Source of the DNA: a virus
UHGV virus genome: UHGV-1373565
Length of the DNA stretch: 46,060 bases
Strand: one strand, 5' to 3'
Shown one piece after another: positions 26,901-36,180 of the stretch; within the stretch, counting starts at the first letter, position 1; each line of letters begins with the position of its first letter. The notes beneath the pieces were generated by a model that saw only the letters and a list, made by a program, of their open reading frames with translations, ran no database searches and had not been told where the DNA came from. The translations under genes and the position numbers were made by a program.

Positions 26901-27802
26901 CGGTTATTGGGCAGGTATCTAAAGCTGATAAGGTTCTGGACAACATTGGATGGCTACAAAGCACTATGTCATTCCTGCGACCGATGCAAGGTATGATTGA
27001 TGAGCTGTCTGCTAGGAGCATCATGACCAATATCGTGGACTTGTCTAAGAATGGCATGTTCACTGGAAAGGTTCGCAAAAGCTTCCTTGAGCTTGGTAAA
27101 ATGTCTGAGGATTCACTTGATGCCAGTATGACTCACATCAAGTCTCAGATGGATTCTGGTAAGGACATCTTTGAAGCTATCCGCACTCTTGACCCTAAGC
27201 TGCGTGATGAGCTTGGTACAGCTATTCGCACCATCCACACCTTCAACATTGGTCGCTCTTACTATGGTGAGCTGCCTGCCTTTACTAACCAATCGCTGGG
27301 TAAGATTATCATGAAGCTTCAGTCATTCGCACTGGTAGCTTATGAGAAGTCCATTCAGCGTGGTTTCCGTAATGACCAAGCTGGATTAGTTGCAGCAACT
27401 GCTTGGTCAGCTGGATTAGCTTATCTGTGGTCTGAGGTAGATGTTCGTGCTCAGTCGCTCAAGCAGCCTGAGGCAAAGCGTGATGAGTATGTACGTAAGC
27501 GCCTTGAAGATGAGATGGCCTACACAGTTGCCGGACGTATGTCTCAGCTTGCTGTACTCAGCACACTTACTCAGGTCATGAACATAGCTAACCCATATCA
27601 AGACAGTGTGCTCAAGCCTTTCGGTGAGTACCGTGGCGTTGCAGCAGGTGGTGCTCTTGGCAAGGTTAGTCAGGCAGCAGCTGCTGGCACACGGCTTGCA
27701 ACAGACCAGTCAGTAGACCCTGATGCGGATATGTATAAAGTCTATGGAGCTGTACCACTATTGAACACTGCAATAGGTATGGCAATCCTAAACACATTAT
27801 AG
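23939..27802 (+). CDS. Internal virion protein (gp16-like, 1287 aa). No recognisable N-terminal lytic-transglycosylase motif.
   Basis: Size and position; the ES...GLxQ motif is absent from the N-terminus (it is found instead in the 35149 gene). Confidence 0.6.
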   Translation: MADTSVPQEQSFGDLFGAAARNNWILQQKQQSEDLMTYGTPVEGYKPSYEDVSKITTDYKLTDEQSKVLSGSMSPEELQYRAKVFKDNNDSKKTLDNAGWKGVAAEVLSYAADPVMLPTYALKTPMVVGQIATKLGFQFSKTAVTGAIERAVGAGIVGGAIGLGQEAVLSMYDPNRDVNDVVLAGISGVIGGAAFSSLADGGAAIFGRLTAKRQLGRAMDEAVEAFDWDNSINLVNSADHELTGASMGRIENTQYGKYFDMLQGEIPDELARKRVLTEGDAINKLIDDLTPTAEARMSRGQRMEAEAQIKATSHDIELIAQRLAEVEATVPTGSGKALSKARQARSSEISALRSQIDDLRAQVVTKQTELSPHTTGEYAEAVSDISRLKQGIIPDRLKERYLDLITPEDPAPAFNEAIAGLPPVKEEPIVLPEQAAQEAAKPVEQPDTSIGAAEVKDSIIFPDTEGKEISDTYANVLGGLKKIGEKIPVTKVAGSTALYTRVMAGTKDNTLRGIASLVFNDPHGIKGAPQSAIAFSDTMRTSIMPKAFFIENAAKEQYLKQLGVNPLFQAGKYNEELIKFDRNIMLRMTELTDTVIGDADDAITRAAKARAQAYAESLKLMKRYGVRGFENVEERASYTPVTFGKNDITSALDQFGEDAVREVLARGYMTGKIPLSAKSARLVADNTLERYYRKSGKVAAVKPTESISGKIAEAVNELREGGVSDSEIRTVINMLQDKAHDESISARAMQSLHPNLAAETADGLRFVDLVDSSTAGVDKYVRDAAAQAAFAKYGMRSRRQVEDTITEAFKRHRQQLTELTNNYNRAKERLSKIDRSKALPSIVSELEKTIKDYERLGDINKYRKFLDSYEEDFFKGVKVTFGEPVEQANSIAYAASSTGKLVNLMMLGFSGLAQVADLGVTIARSGVGATLRNLPTTLYHGVRSLLPSARYFETNNQLSNMAEVFGTVSHQDYLFGHKMMKGAEYGDAVIGQVSKADKVLDNIGWLQSTMSFLRPMQGMIDELSARSIMTNIVDLSKNGMFTGKVRKSFLELGKMSEDSLDASMTHIKSQMDSGKDIFEAIRTLDPKLRDELGTAIRTIHTFNIGRSYYGELPAFTNQSLGKIIMKLQSFALVAYEKSIQRGFRNDQAGLVAATAWSAGLAYLWSEVDVRAQSLKQPEAKRDEYVRKRLEDEMAYTVAGRMSQLAVLSTLTQVMNIANPYQDSVLKPFGEYRGVAAGGALGKVSQAAAAGTRLATDQSVDPDADMYKVYGAVPLLNTAIGMAILNTL

Positions 27803-27809
27803 GAGGCGT

Positions 27810-28730
27810 ATGAACTTCTCTTTTACTCGTGATACTGGTGATGGAATTAAAACCATATTCACAATGTCCTTTGCTGGACAGGATGAGGGCTATTTGAATG
27901 CCTCTAATATCCATGTATACGTTAATGGTACTGAGGTTCCATTCACAATTAACCCATCAGACCCTAATAAGGTTTACCTCTCAGCTGCCCCAGCTAGTGG
28001 GGCTGATGTTCTCATTAGGAGAATAATGCCTAAGAACGTGCCATACTCTGACTTTAAGAATGGTAATCCATTCAGTCAGGATACACTGAACTACACTCAG
28101 CTACAGCAGCTGTATGTGACTCAAGAGCTTCTTGATGGGTTCCTACCAGATGGCTTTTACTTTAAGCAAGATGTCAATATGGGTGGTCACAACATAAAGA
28201 ACCTTGGAGATGCTACTGACCCAGATGACGCTGTTAAGAAGAAGGTAACTGATGACTTAATTAACAGAGTATCATCACTTGAGGATAACCTTGATGACAT
28301 TGCAAGTCGTACTGCACCTTGGCGTATGGTAGCAGCTGGTGGTGAGACTGAAATAGCACCCCCATATCACTTTACTACAGCACTTATTGCCATAAATGGA
28401 GTTCTGCAAACACTAGGTGATGGCTATGCTTACAAAGTTGAAGATAACAAGATTAAGCTTGCAGAGCCTCTAAGGGCTGGTGATGAGGTATTTGCACTAA
28501 TTGGCAGCTACCCTGCTGAGCCAGTCGATGCAGTATCGGCAGATGAGGTTGGCCTACTCTATGCAGCATTCTCCTCTGGTACTCCAATAGGGCAAACTTT
28601 TCTAGCAAGGGTTGGTGAAAAGGTGACTAATGCCAAGGCGTTCTTTGATGGTAGCAATGTATATACATCACCTGTACCCCTTACAGGTACTATTACAGCT
28701 ATCAACTGGCCTGACATAACTATTGTATAG
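27810..28730 (+). CDS. Tail fiber/tailspike adaptor protein (T7 gp17 N-terminal domain-like).
   Basis: 306 aa; gene order as in SP6/K1-5-type phages, where an adaptor precedes the holin and terminase. Confidence 0.45.
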   Translation: MNFSFTRDTGDGIKTIFTMSFAGQDEGYLNASNIHVYVNGTEVPFTINPSDPNKVYLSAAPASGADVLIRRIMPKNVPYSDFKNGNPFSQDTLNYTQLQQLYVTQELLDGFLPDGFYFKQDVNMGGHNIKNLGDATDPDDAVKKKVTDDLINRVSSLEDNLDDIASRTAPWRMVAAGGETEIAPPYHFTTALIAINGVLQTLGDGYAYKVEDNKIKLAEPLRAGDEVFALIGSYPAEPVDAVSADEVGLLYAAFSSGTPIGQTFLARVGEKVTNAKAFFDGSNVYTSPVPLTGTITAINWPDITIV

Positions 28731-28738
28731 GAGGTGCT

Positions 28739-28972
28739 TTGATTCATGAGAAAGTAGGAGAGGTTGCAGCTGAAGCATTTAAGGCCACGCCACCAACAGT
28801 GGTTGTTGGCCTCAACATCTTAGGCTACTCAATCTCTGAGTGGGTTCAGGTAGCTACACTTATCTACATCTTCTTACAGATGCATGTGTTGGCTGTTAAA
28901 AATATAAGTTCATATAAGTCCATGTGGGATTATATTAAGGAGGTTATTTGTGGCAAGCGTAAGCAAGAGTAA
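28739..28972 (+). CDS. Putative holin (class II-like, TTG start).
   Basis: Two hydrophobic segments (VVVGLNILGYSI; VQVATLIYIFLQMHVLAV); charged C-terminus; ggagg RBS; same position as T7 gp17.5. Confidence 0.5.
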   Translation: MIHEKVGEVAAEAFKATPPTVVVGLNILGYSISEWVQVATLIYIFLQMHVLAVKNISSYKSMWDYIKEVICGKRKQE

Positions 28973-29279
28973 TAAGAATTCAGCCACAGAGGATGATGTG
29001 GGTCTTATCCATAAGCTTGTTACTAAGGTCATTACTAAGAAGCTTGAGAAGTGGTTAAAGCTTATTGAGCAAGGTGGTGATGTAGACTTGGTTGTAGATA
29101 TGAAACAGCTTAAGTCTGCCATTGACTGGTGTGACAAGAATGGCATCGTATGTGCTGACCCAGCTGAACAAAGTGATAATGAACTTGGTGATAAGCTTTC
29201 TGAGATTCGTAAGGCTCAACATGCTCGTGGTGTAGTTGTTCCATTCAAAGAAGATGATGAGGAGGGCTATGGAACATGA
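28950..29279 (+). CDS. Terminase small subunit (GTG start).
   Basis: aaggagg RBS; size and position immediately upstream of the large terminase. Confidence 0.5.
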   Translation: MASVSKSNKNSATEDDVGLIHKLVTKVITKKLEKWLKLIEQGGDVDLVVDMKQLKSAIDWCDKNGIVCADPAEQSDNELGDKLSEIRKAQHARGVVVPFKEDDEEGYGT

Positions 29280-31126
29280 GGCGTGTTAACAGGAACGACA
29301 AGAAGGCACAGTTAGAAATGTGGGAGGAGCTTGAAGCGATACAGAAAGCTTTCCCCTTCACTGTGCAAGGCTTGTGGCTGTTTGCCTCACTTGTGCTTGA
29401 GAAGACTATCGTAGGCTCTCCTCACCTTAATCGCACACAGAAAGATATTCTGAGCTTCCTGCTTAACGGCGGGAAGTATATAGGCATACAGGCAAGCCGT
29501 GGCATGACCAAGACAGTTATGGCAGCTATCCTATGCTGCTTCTGCCTTATTCACATGCCGCACTACCGTATCATTGTATTCTCACAGAATGGCAAGCGAG
29601 CTAAGGAGATTGCAGGTTGGGTAGTTAAAATCTTCTATGCTATCGACATCCTTGAGGTGCTACAGCCAGATACCTATGCTGGCGACCGCTCCTCTATTGA
29701 AGCTTTTGATATTCATTGGTGTTTCCGTGGTGCTGATAAGTCACCATCAGTTACTTGCTACTCTATTGAGTCTGGTGCTCAGGGTGCTCGTGCTGACCTT
29801 ATCCTTGCTGATGATATTGAGTCACTTCAAAACTCCCGTACAGCTCAGAGTCGTGAGTGGTTGCTTGAGCAGTCATTAGAGTTTGAGTCAATCAACCAGT
29901 ACGGTCGTATTATCTACCTAGGCACACCTCAGGGTGTTGAGTCTATCTATAACACACTCCCAGCTCGTGGTTACGTTATGCGTATCTGGCCGGGCCGCTA
30001 TCCAACAGCTGAGCAGCTTGAGTTTTATGGAAATGCTCTGGCTCCCTTATTCCGTAAGGATATTGAAGCTGACCCAAGCTTGCAAAGTGGCGGTGGGCTT
30101 GATGGTACTATGGGCAAGCCAACAACACCTGCTATGTATGATGAGGGGTTGTTGCAAGAGAAGGAGATGAGGCAAGGTCTTGCTAAGTTCATGTTGCAGT
30201 TCATGGTTCATACTGGTATGTCTGACCGTGACCGCTTCAAGCTTAAGCTAGAGAATCTTGTACTCATGAACTTCAATGCCATGCAAGGTGCTGTTATGCC
30301 TGTGTGGAACAGCGACCAGCGTAGCATGTGGCAAGCTGCACCTCGCTTTGGTACACGTCCACAAGACAGATTTTACTTTGCCATGCAGCAGCCATACATC
30401 ATGCGTGACTTCGACTTAACTGTTATGTTCATTGACCCAGCTGGCGGTGGCTCTCGCTCACAGGATGAGATGGGTTATGCTATAACTAAGCTGTTAGGTA
30501 CTTATGTCTACATATATGATGTTGATGGTGTCAAGGGCGGTTATGAGCAATCAGAGCTGATGAAGCTTGTGCAAGCTGCTAAGGATGCTAAGGTCAACGT
30601 TTGCTATGTGGAAAAGAACTATGGTAACGGTGCTCACTTTGCAATGCTCAAGCCACTGTTTGAGAAGTTCTATCCGGAGTGTAGGCTAGAGGAGATTAAC
30701 TCCTCAGGTCAAAAGGAACTACGTATCATTGATACACTGGAGCCACTGTTAGGTCAGCATCGCTTGGTAGTCTCACAGACATCGGTGATGAAGGACTACA
30801 ACAGCATTCAGAAGTACCCAGCAGAGGTCAAGATGACTTACAGCTGCTTCTACCAACTTGCTCACATAACGAGCGACCGTGGGGCGCTTAGGCATGATGA
30901 CCGCTTAGACGCGCTGGCTGGGGCTGTGGCGCAGATTGTCAACTACATCGACTATGACCAAGAGAAAGCCGAGAAAGAGCGGCAGGCAGAGGCTGACAAG
31001 CATTTCTTTGAGGTTATGGCTAACCCCAATGGATTCGTTCACACGATGATGCATGGTGGTGATTTTATGAGCTATGTTGAGCAACAAAACACCGGAGCCA
31101 ACGCCCTCAAGAAATACTTTAATTAA
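29276..31126 (+). CDS. Terminase large subunit (gp19-like).
   Basis: Walker A-like GIQASRGMTKT; 616 aa; acidic nuclease-domain residues. Confidence 0.85.
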   Translation: MRRVNRNDKKAQLEMWEELEAIQKAFPFTVQGLWLFASLVLEKTIVGSPHLNRTQKDILSFLLNGGKYIGIQASRGMTKTVMAAILCCFCLIHMPHYRIIVFSQNGKRAKEIAGWVVKIFYAIDILEVLQPDTYAGDRSSIEAFDIHWCFRGADKSPSVTCYSIESGAQGARADLILADDIESLQNSRTAQSREWLLEQSLEFESINQYGRIIYLGTPQGVESIYNTLPARGYVMRIWPGRYPTAEQLEFYGNALAPLFRKDIEADPSLQSGGGLDGTMGKPTTPAMYDEGLLQEKEMRQGLAKFMLQFMVHTGMSDRDRFKLKLENLVLMNFNAMQGAVMPVWNSDQRSMWQAAPRFGTRPQDRFYFAMQQPYIMRDFDLTVMFIDPAGGGSRSQDEMGYAITKLLGTYVYIYDVDGVKGGYEQSELMKLVQAAKDAKVNVCYVEKNYGNGAHFAMLKPLFEKFYPECRLEEINSSGQKELRIIDTLEPLLGQHRLVVSQTSVMKDYNSIQKYPAEVKMTYSCFYQLAHITSDRGALRHDDRLDALAGAVAQIVNYIDYDQEKAEKERQAEADKHFFEVMANPNGFVHTMMHGGDFMSYVEQQNTGANALKKYFN

Positions 31127-31158
31127 TTGTAATTTTCTCTTAGTTTTCAGGCGTTTGG

Positions 31159-31181
31159 TATTAGGCACTACAATAGGAGAA
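31159..31181 (+). promoter_or_regulatory. Phage RNAP promoter (tattaggcactacaataggagaagc) upstream of the tailspike gene.
   Basis: Perfect consensus; its leader contains 1.5 copies of the AGTAAGCTAT unit. Confidence 0.8.
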
Positions 31182-31291
31182 GCTATAAGAAGAACAGTAA
31201 GTATACAGTAGCTATAGTAAGCTATTGTTAGCCCTAGTAGCTACTGTACTTCTTCCTTATTATTTCTTATATCTTATTATAGAGGAGCTAT

Positions 31292-34200
31292 ATGACTACA
31301 TATAAGCTTAAGCAAGTTAAAACATCAGAGAGCTTTGTAGGGCTTTCTGATACCCCAGCAACCCTTGCTGGTGGTGGTGGTAAAATCCTTAAGGTTAACT
31401 CATCTGGTACAGGCATTGTACTAGCTGATGAGAGTAAGTTAGCTCTCTATGAGGATGGTGTATTCCAGCCACCTGTTGATGGAATTAACGTAGTTGGTAT
31501 TAGTGTAGATAAAGAGGAGAATGGCATCGCTACACTTAGCGGTGTAGGCCTTCCACTAGCTAACTTACAGGTTGGTGAAGTGATTGCAATTGACCCTGTC
31601 TCCAAGAGAGCTAAGGGTACTGGCATTGTATCTAACGAGAAAGGTGTCTCTGTTGGTGCTGATGGTGTTATTGTAGGCCAACATCGTATCAGCTCAATTG
31701 GTGAGGCTGTAGGTGTAACTAACGTAGCTACTGGTGGAACTACTGTTTCAATTGGTATGCCCCTATCTAGCACTGGTCAGGCTAAGCCAACTTACATCAG
31801 CTTTACCTCAGCACTTACTGAGGTTGTTCGAAATGCTGATGTCACTAACACTATCAAAGACCCTGAGTGGTATGTAGGTCAGCCACAGCTTGATGAAGTC
31901 CTGTTTGGAATCACAATCAAGGATGTTGTATACCCTCAGTCTAACGTTTACTTATATGGCTTTGGGGATGGCAAGGAGCTGTTTAAGGTTCTCCTTGGTG
32001 ACTTTGTTGCAGGTACTAATACCTTTGTACTAAGTACACCTGTTGTTATTAAGAATGTTAACTCTATCCAAGTTGCCCTGCTATCTGATTATGGTTCTGT
32101 TTATGTTAAGGGTAATTCTAGTGGAGTACCAGCTTACTCAGCTAAGCTCCGCACCTTTGAATACAAGCAGCTCATATCTGAATTAGGTATCAAGCAAACT
32201 GTAGGTGGAACTCCAATAAGTGCAAATAACTTGGTGTTCCCTTCTGCTTCTGTGTTTGTTGATAATGTAAGTGGTGATGTAGTAGTTGATACCAGCTTTG
32301 GCGTTGACGATGAAACTACGTCCATCCAAGGTGTTGGTAGCCTTAAGTTTAAAGGTGCTACCGTTAAGTCCACAACATCTTCTAATGGAGAGGTTACGGC
32401 TGAGGTTACAATACCACCACCAGAAGGTATCACTATCAACAGTGAAGGTTCTACTTTAACTAATGTTGGTGAGATTAACTTACTGCCACCACTTAAAGTG
32501 TCTAATGACAACACTGGCTCTGCTCGTATTGCCATTGATCATAATGCCTACCAGCAAATGCTACCGCCATCTCATCTGGCTTATTTGACAGAAGAAGTTA
32601 GCTTAGTTGGAAAGATTGGCGACCAGCGTAATCTTCACACTGGAGCAATCTGGTTTGATGACATCATTACACAGAGTGGTGACATCTACACAAGTCGTGA
32701 TGAGAAGGTTTACGGCATCCAAGAGGTTGATGGTCTTGACCCAAACATCACAGGTGGTAATGACTTCCTTATAGCTTACAAGCTTTGTTTTGATGGTGTT
32801 GCACCAGCTGATGGCATTGTACGTATTGCACTTGCTGACCCCACCACAGGCGACTACTTGGTTGATGCCAATGGGTTTGCAATGGTTGCACAGCGTCAGT
32901 ATGTAGCTGGTGAAGTCCTTGGTGAGCTACTTGTAGTTGGTGTTGTTAGGGCAACTGCCATCACACCATTCAAGTGTCTGTGCCTTGATAACTTCCAAGC
33001 TAACCTGTTGACTATCAAAGACCGCGGTGAATCTACATCTGGCCTTATGATTCAGTGTATGCTGACTAATGGTAAGACTGGTGAGGCTATCAAGCAGTTT
33101 GAGCTTGATACAGGTTCAAATATAGCTGTTGATAGCCACTACTTTGGTAACATCATTGACAGCCTTGCATATGTATCAAGTCAGAGTATGCCAGCAACAA
33201 CAATACCTGCACTGACAGGTATCAGAGAGGGTGACGGCTGGTTCTTAAACAACACAACTAGTGTCACACTGTCATCTGGTAGTGGTCTATTTAAGGTATC
33301 TAGCAGTGGTCAGAATACTGCATACTTCTCATTAGGTAAGATTTTCAATGCTGATAAAACTCAGCTTCTTCGAAACAAGGAGCTGTCAGTAATCAGCACC
33401 TTAGGGACACCTGATTGTGGGTTCTTGATTAAACTTGCGTATTGGACAGGTGCTCCTGATGAGTGCCCAAGTAATATCTTTACAGGGTCCCTTAATGATA
33501 ATCCCGTTCTGGCGCAAGGTTGGAACCTGCTAAGTGACAGTATCCCTTGCCCGGAGGATGTTGTTAATGAGTACAACACACTTACTGGAAGTTTTGTTGT
33601 ACCACCAACAGCTAATAACTTTGCAATCCTCATCTATCCAGTGTCTCAGCAAAATCCTCTTAATCTTACTATTAGCAAGTTTGAGATTGGTGCTGTTGAC
33701 CCATTCACTGGTTACTATGTTAAAGACAGCAAGCTTGTTAGTGAGCAGCATCTTTATAAGGACATAAACTACAACCAGTTGTATATGAACTCAGAGGGCT
33801 ACTCTGCACTTCGATATACCATTAACAGCACACCTGTTACTGGTCTACCTATGCCAGTTGGTCATGTTGGTAAAGGCTCAGCTGGTGTTACTATTGATAG
33901 GTCTATTAACCATGTTAGTGGTTTTAATGGTGAAGGTGCTATCAAGTTTAATACTGATGGCAATGTGACAATCAGCACACAGCTGCGTGTTTATGCAGGT
34001 GAATCTGTTCCAGCTGGAACTATGTCTTCAGTAACCTTCTGGTATTCTACTGTAAGCTCAACTGGTGTATTCACTAAGATAGCTGACTCAGAGACTACCT
34101 TCAATGTTACTGGTGGTGACAAGGTTCCCTTGTCAATCCTCATGAAGAAGTTTAAGCTGAGTGTTAAGGCAGGGGATAGAATTGCTTTGTTTGCTAAAGC

Positions 34201-34813
34201 AGCCATCAATGATGGTGCTTACATACAGGCAGAAGCTGGCTCACCTTCACTTATCACTACTGATATTGTTTATAGCGAATACGTCCCTGTTAACGTACCA
34301 GCAGTTAATGATGTTTTCAGGGCAGTATACCTAACTGGTACAGCATCTGACATCACACAGCAGCTTGCAGCTAACAACACACCACTGACAGCTATATTCA
34401 GTGCAGTACAGTTAGCTTCACAGTCTGTATCACTTAACACTGCAACTGGAGTTATAACATTCAATAGGGAAGGTAGCTATAACCTATCACTATTAGCAGA
34501 TGTGCGTGTTGCATTAACTGGCAGTGTACTCTCTTGGGCTGTGTTCCTTGAGACATCAACTGACAATGGTGCAACTTGGACAGCTGTAGATGGTTCTACT
34601 CGTAGGCTTGTATTTGATGGTCAGAATGCAAATGACCAAAAGTCTGCTAATTTAATAATGCCAATCAAGGTTGTTGTAGGCCAGCTGTTCCGAGTTCGCC
34701 ATGTAACAACTGCATCTAACCGTCAGGTATCCATTGTATCAAGAGCAGCAAGTGGTGGTGCGCCATCATCAGCTGGTTTGATTTTAGGTATATCTAGCGT
34801 ATATGACATCTAA
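31292..34813 (+). CDS. Tailspike / tail fiber protein 1 (1173 aa).
   Basis: Large Gly/Thr/Ser/Val-rich beta protein downstream of terminase, in the SP6-like position. Confidence 0.6.
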   Translation: MTTYKLKQVKTSESFVGLSDTPATLAGGGGKILKVNSSGTGIVLADESKLALYEDGVFQPPVDGINVVGISVDKEENGIATLSGVGLPLANLQVGEVIAIDPVSKRAKGTGIVSNEKGVSVGADGVIVGQHRISSIGEAVGVTNVATGGTTVSIGMPLSSTGQAKPTYISFTSALTEVVRNADVTNTIKDPEWYVGQPQLDEVLFGITIKDVVYPQSNVYLYGFGDGKELFKVLLGDFVAGTNTFVLSTPVVIKNVNSIQVALLSDYGSVYVKGNSSGVPAYSAKLRTFEYKQLISELGIKQTVGGTPISANNLVFPSASVFVDNVSGDVVVDTSFGVDDETTSIQGVGSLKFKGATVKSTTSSNGEVTAEVTIPPPEGITINSEGSTLTNVGEINLLPPLKVSNDNTGSARIAIDHNAYQQMLPPSHLAYLTEEVSLVGKIGDQRNLHTGAIWFDDIITQSGDIYTSRDEKVYGIQEVDGLDPNITGGNDFLIAYKLCFDGVAPADGIVRIALADPTTGDYLVDANGFAMVAQRQYVAGEVLGELLVVGVVRATAITPFKCLCLDNFQANLLTIKDRGESTSGLMIQCMLTNGKTGEAIKQFELDTGSNIAVDSHYFGNIIDSLAYVSSQSMPATTIPALTGIREGDGWFLNNTTSVTLSSGSGLFKVSSSGQNTAYFSLGKIFNADKTQLLRNKELSVISTLGTPDCGFLIKLAYWTGAPDECPSNIFTGSLNDNPVLAQGWNLLSDSIPCPEDVVNEYNTLTGSFVVPPTANNFAILIYPVSQQNPLNLTISKFEIGAVDPFTGYYVKDSKLVSEQHLYKDINYNQLYMNSEGYSALRYTINSTPVTGLPMPVGHVGKGSAGVTIDRSINHVSGFNGEGAIKFNTDGNVTISTQLRVYAGESVPAGTMSSVTFWYSTVSSTGVFTKIADSETTFNVTGGDKVPLSILMKKFKLSVKAGDRIALFAKAAINDGAYIQAEAGSPSLITTDIVYSEYVPVNVPAVNDVFRAVYLTGTASDITQQLAANNTPLTAIFSAVQLASQSVSLNTATGVITFNREGSYNLSLLADVRVALTGSVLSWAVFLETSTDNGATWTAVDGSTRRLVFDGQNANDQKSANLIMPIKVVVGQLFRVRHVTTASNRQVSIVSRAASGGAPSSAGLILGISSVYDI

Positions 34814-34826
34814 GGAGATTTAACTT

Positions 34827-35105
34827 ATGGCACGTAACGTAACTGGTGATTCACCAAAGTCTGTACAAACTCAGTCTGTATCTATGCTTCCAGTGGCTAT
34901 TGTCACTCAGGCAAACTTGTCTAGCTCAGCTCATCCTATTAATGACACTACCAAGTCTGGTAAGCAAGTTGGTGGCCTAGTCTACGTCAAGCTTACTGAT
35001 GGTGGTCATGTATGCATCGCAATCGCTCAAGGTTCTGCCGCTACTGATAAGTGGCTCATCCTTGGTATGGCTGCAACTGGCTCCATCGAAGTAGAACCAG
35101 CTTAA
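34827..35105 (+). CDS. Hypothetical protein (92 aa).
   Basis: ORF with RBS; lies between tailspike 1 and the terminator. Confidence 0.4.
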   Translation: MARNVTGDSPKSVQTQSVSMLPVAIVTQANLSSSAHPINDTTKSGKQVGGLVYVKLTDGGHVCIAIAQGSAATDKWLILGMAATGSIEVEPA

Positions 35106-35112
35106 TAAGGTT

Positions 35113-35148
35113 GGTCAGTCTAGTACGCTAGACTGGCCTCTTTCTATT
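35113..35148 (+). terminator. Rho-independent terminator (ggtcagtctag-tacg-ctagactggcc + tctttctatt) built on a palindrome-A core.
   Basis: 10/11-bp stem and T-tract ending at the ATG of the next gene. Confidence 0.65.
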
Positions 35149-35706
35149 ATGAATACATTATTAATACTACTTGCGTTAATAAATCCTGTTCAGCAGTTAA
35201 AGCAAGATTTATCAAAGCACCTAGGAATTTATACACACAAAGGAGGTTCCGAGTTGAATCGTAGTCAATTCCAGCGCTATGTATTGCGCCCCTCCCTTGA
35301 GAAGATTGGACTGTACTCACCACAAGCAGAGCGACTGCTGACGATGATTGTAGCCCATGAATCTCTCAAGGGTCATTACATTGTACAGACCACAGGTCAG
35401 GCTAAAGGTTTGTACCAAATGGAGAATGCAACACACGATGATGTGCTGCGTTGGGTTCACAAGAACCGTCCAGAGCTGTATCGCCAGATTGTTGAGATGG
35501 GTGACGGACAGCCGTCAGCAGTTAAGATGATTACTGACTTAGACTATGCAACAGCTATGGCTCGAGCGTTCTTCCTCCGCTTTCCAGAAGCGTTGCCGAC
35601 AGGCAACGACGAGGAGCTTGCTGCTTATGCTAAGAAGCGTTGGAATACCAGCTTAGGTAAGGCAACACCTAATGACTACTTAAAGGCTTATCAGTCTTGG
35701 AAGTAA
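35149..35706 (+). CDS. Putative endolysin / lytic transglycosylase-like muramidase (185 aa).
   Basis: VAHESLKG...GLYQMENATHDD fits the family-1 lytic transglycosylase ES...GLMQ pattern. N-terminal hydrophobic segment. There is an alternative in-frame TTG start at 35254 with an aaaggagg SD. Confidence 0.5.
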   Translation: MNTLLILLALINPVQQLKQDLSKHLGIYTHKGGSELNRSQFQRYVLRPSLEKIGLYSPQAERLLTMIVAHESLKGHYIVQTTGQAKGLYQMENATHDDVLRWVHKNRPELYRQIVEMGDGQPSAVKMITDLDYATAMARAFFLRFPEALPTGNDEELAAYAKKRWNTSLGKATPNDYLKAYQSWK

Positions 35707-35818
35707 GTTGTAGCACTTGGTGCCATTATAAGTGGCAAGAGGCAGTTGACTCAGGTGATGAGGAAGCTGCTAATAACTATCTAGCCCTGTATGAGCTATG
35801 GACTAAAAGAGGTATGTA

Positions 35819-35968
35819 ATGGGTAATATCTTCAAGAACAAGAAGGTTGTATCTGCCTTTGTCACTCTCGTAGTGGTTCTTCTAGGGGCAGCCCTAGGGA
35901 CTGACTTGGGTGCAGGTACTGCAACTAGTATTACTGATGTTGTCTGCACTATTGTAGCCTGCCAGTAA
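35819..35968 (+). CDS. Small membrane protein (49 aa, one TM). Possibly the N-terminal TM portion of a split i-spanin.
   Basis: VSAFVTLVVVLLGAALGTDLGAG transmembrane segment; TAATG overlap with the next ORF. Confidence 0.4.
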   Translation: MGNIFKNKKVVSAFVTLVVVLLGAALGTDLGAGTATSITDVVCTIVACQ

Positions 35969-36180
35969 TGATTAAAGCTCTCCTTGAAGTTCTGGCAACC
36001 CTGCTCCGAGCTATTGAAAGGAAGCAAGCAAAGGAGGAGCAGCAAGATGCGCAAGCTGAAGCTGACCATATTAGCACCAATCCTACTGAGTGGTTTAATG
36101 ACCACTTCAGGGTGCGTGATGCAGAAAGAAACAAGACAGATGCCAGTAAAGCCATTCCTGACAACAGTCACACAAGTTGA
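35968..36180 (+). CDS. i-spanin periplasmic-domain-like ORF (70 aa, no TM) with the o-spanin embedded in an alternate frame.
   Basis: Charged, helical sequence; contains the embedded lipoprotein gene in the +1 frame, as in Rz/Rz1 pairs. Confidence 0.4.
   Translation: MIKALLEVLATLLRAIERKQAKEEQQDAQAEADHISTNPTEWFNDHFRVRDAERNKTDASKAIPDNSHTS

Noticed and set aside
23939-27802. Expectation of an N-terminal lytic transglycosylase domain in the gp16-like protein.
   Set aside because: No ES...GLxQ motif in its N-terminus. The motif is found instead in the separate 185-aa protein at 35149.
35803-36171. 122-aa minus-strand ORF across the spanin locus. Other minus-strand ORFs were treated the same way (for example 16292-16849, 41428-41721, 41727-42086, 42936-43469).
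   Set aside because: All well-supported genes are on the + strand, as in T7-like phages. These ORFs lack an RBS and fully overlap strong + strand genes, and are explained by codon composition (Ala/Gln/Leu-rich antisense frames).
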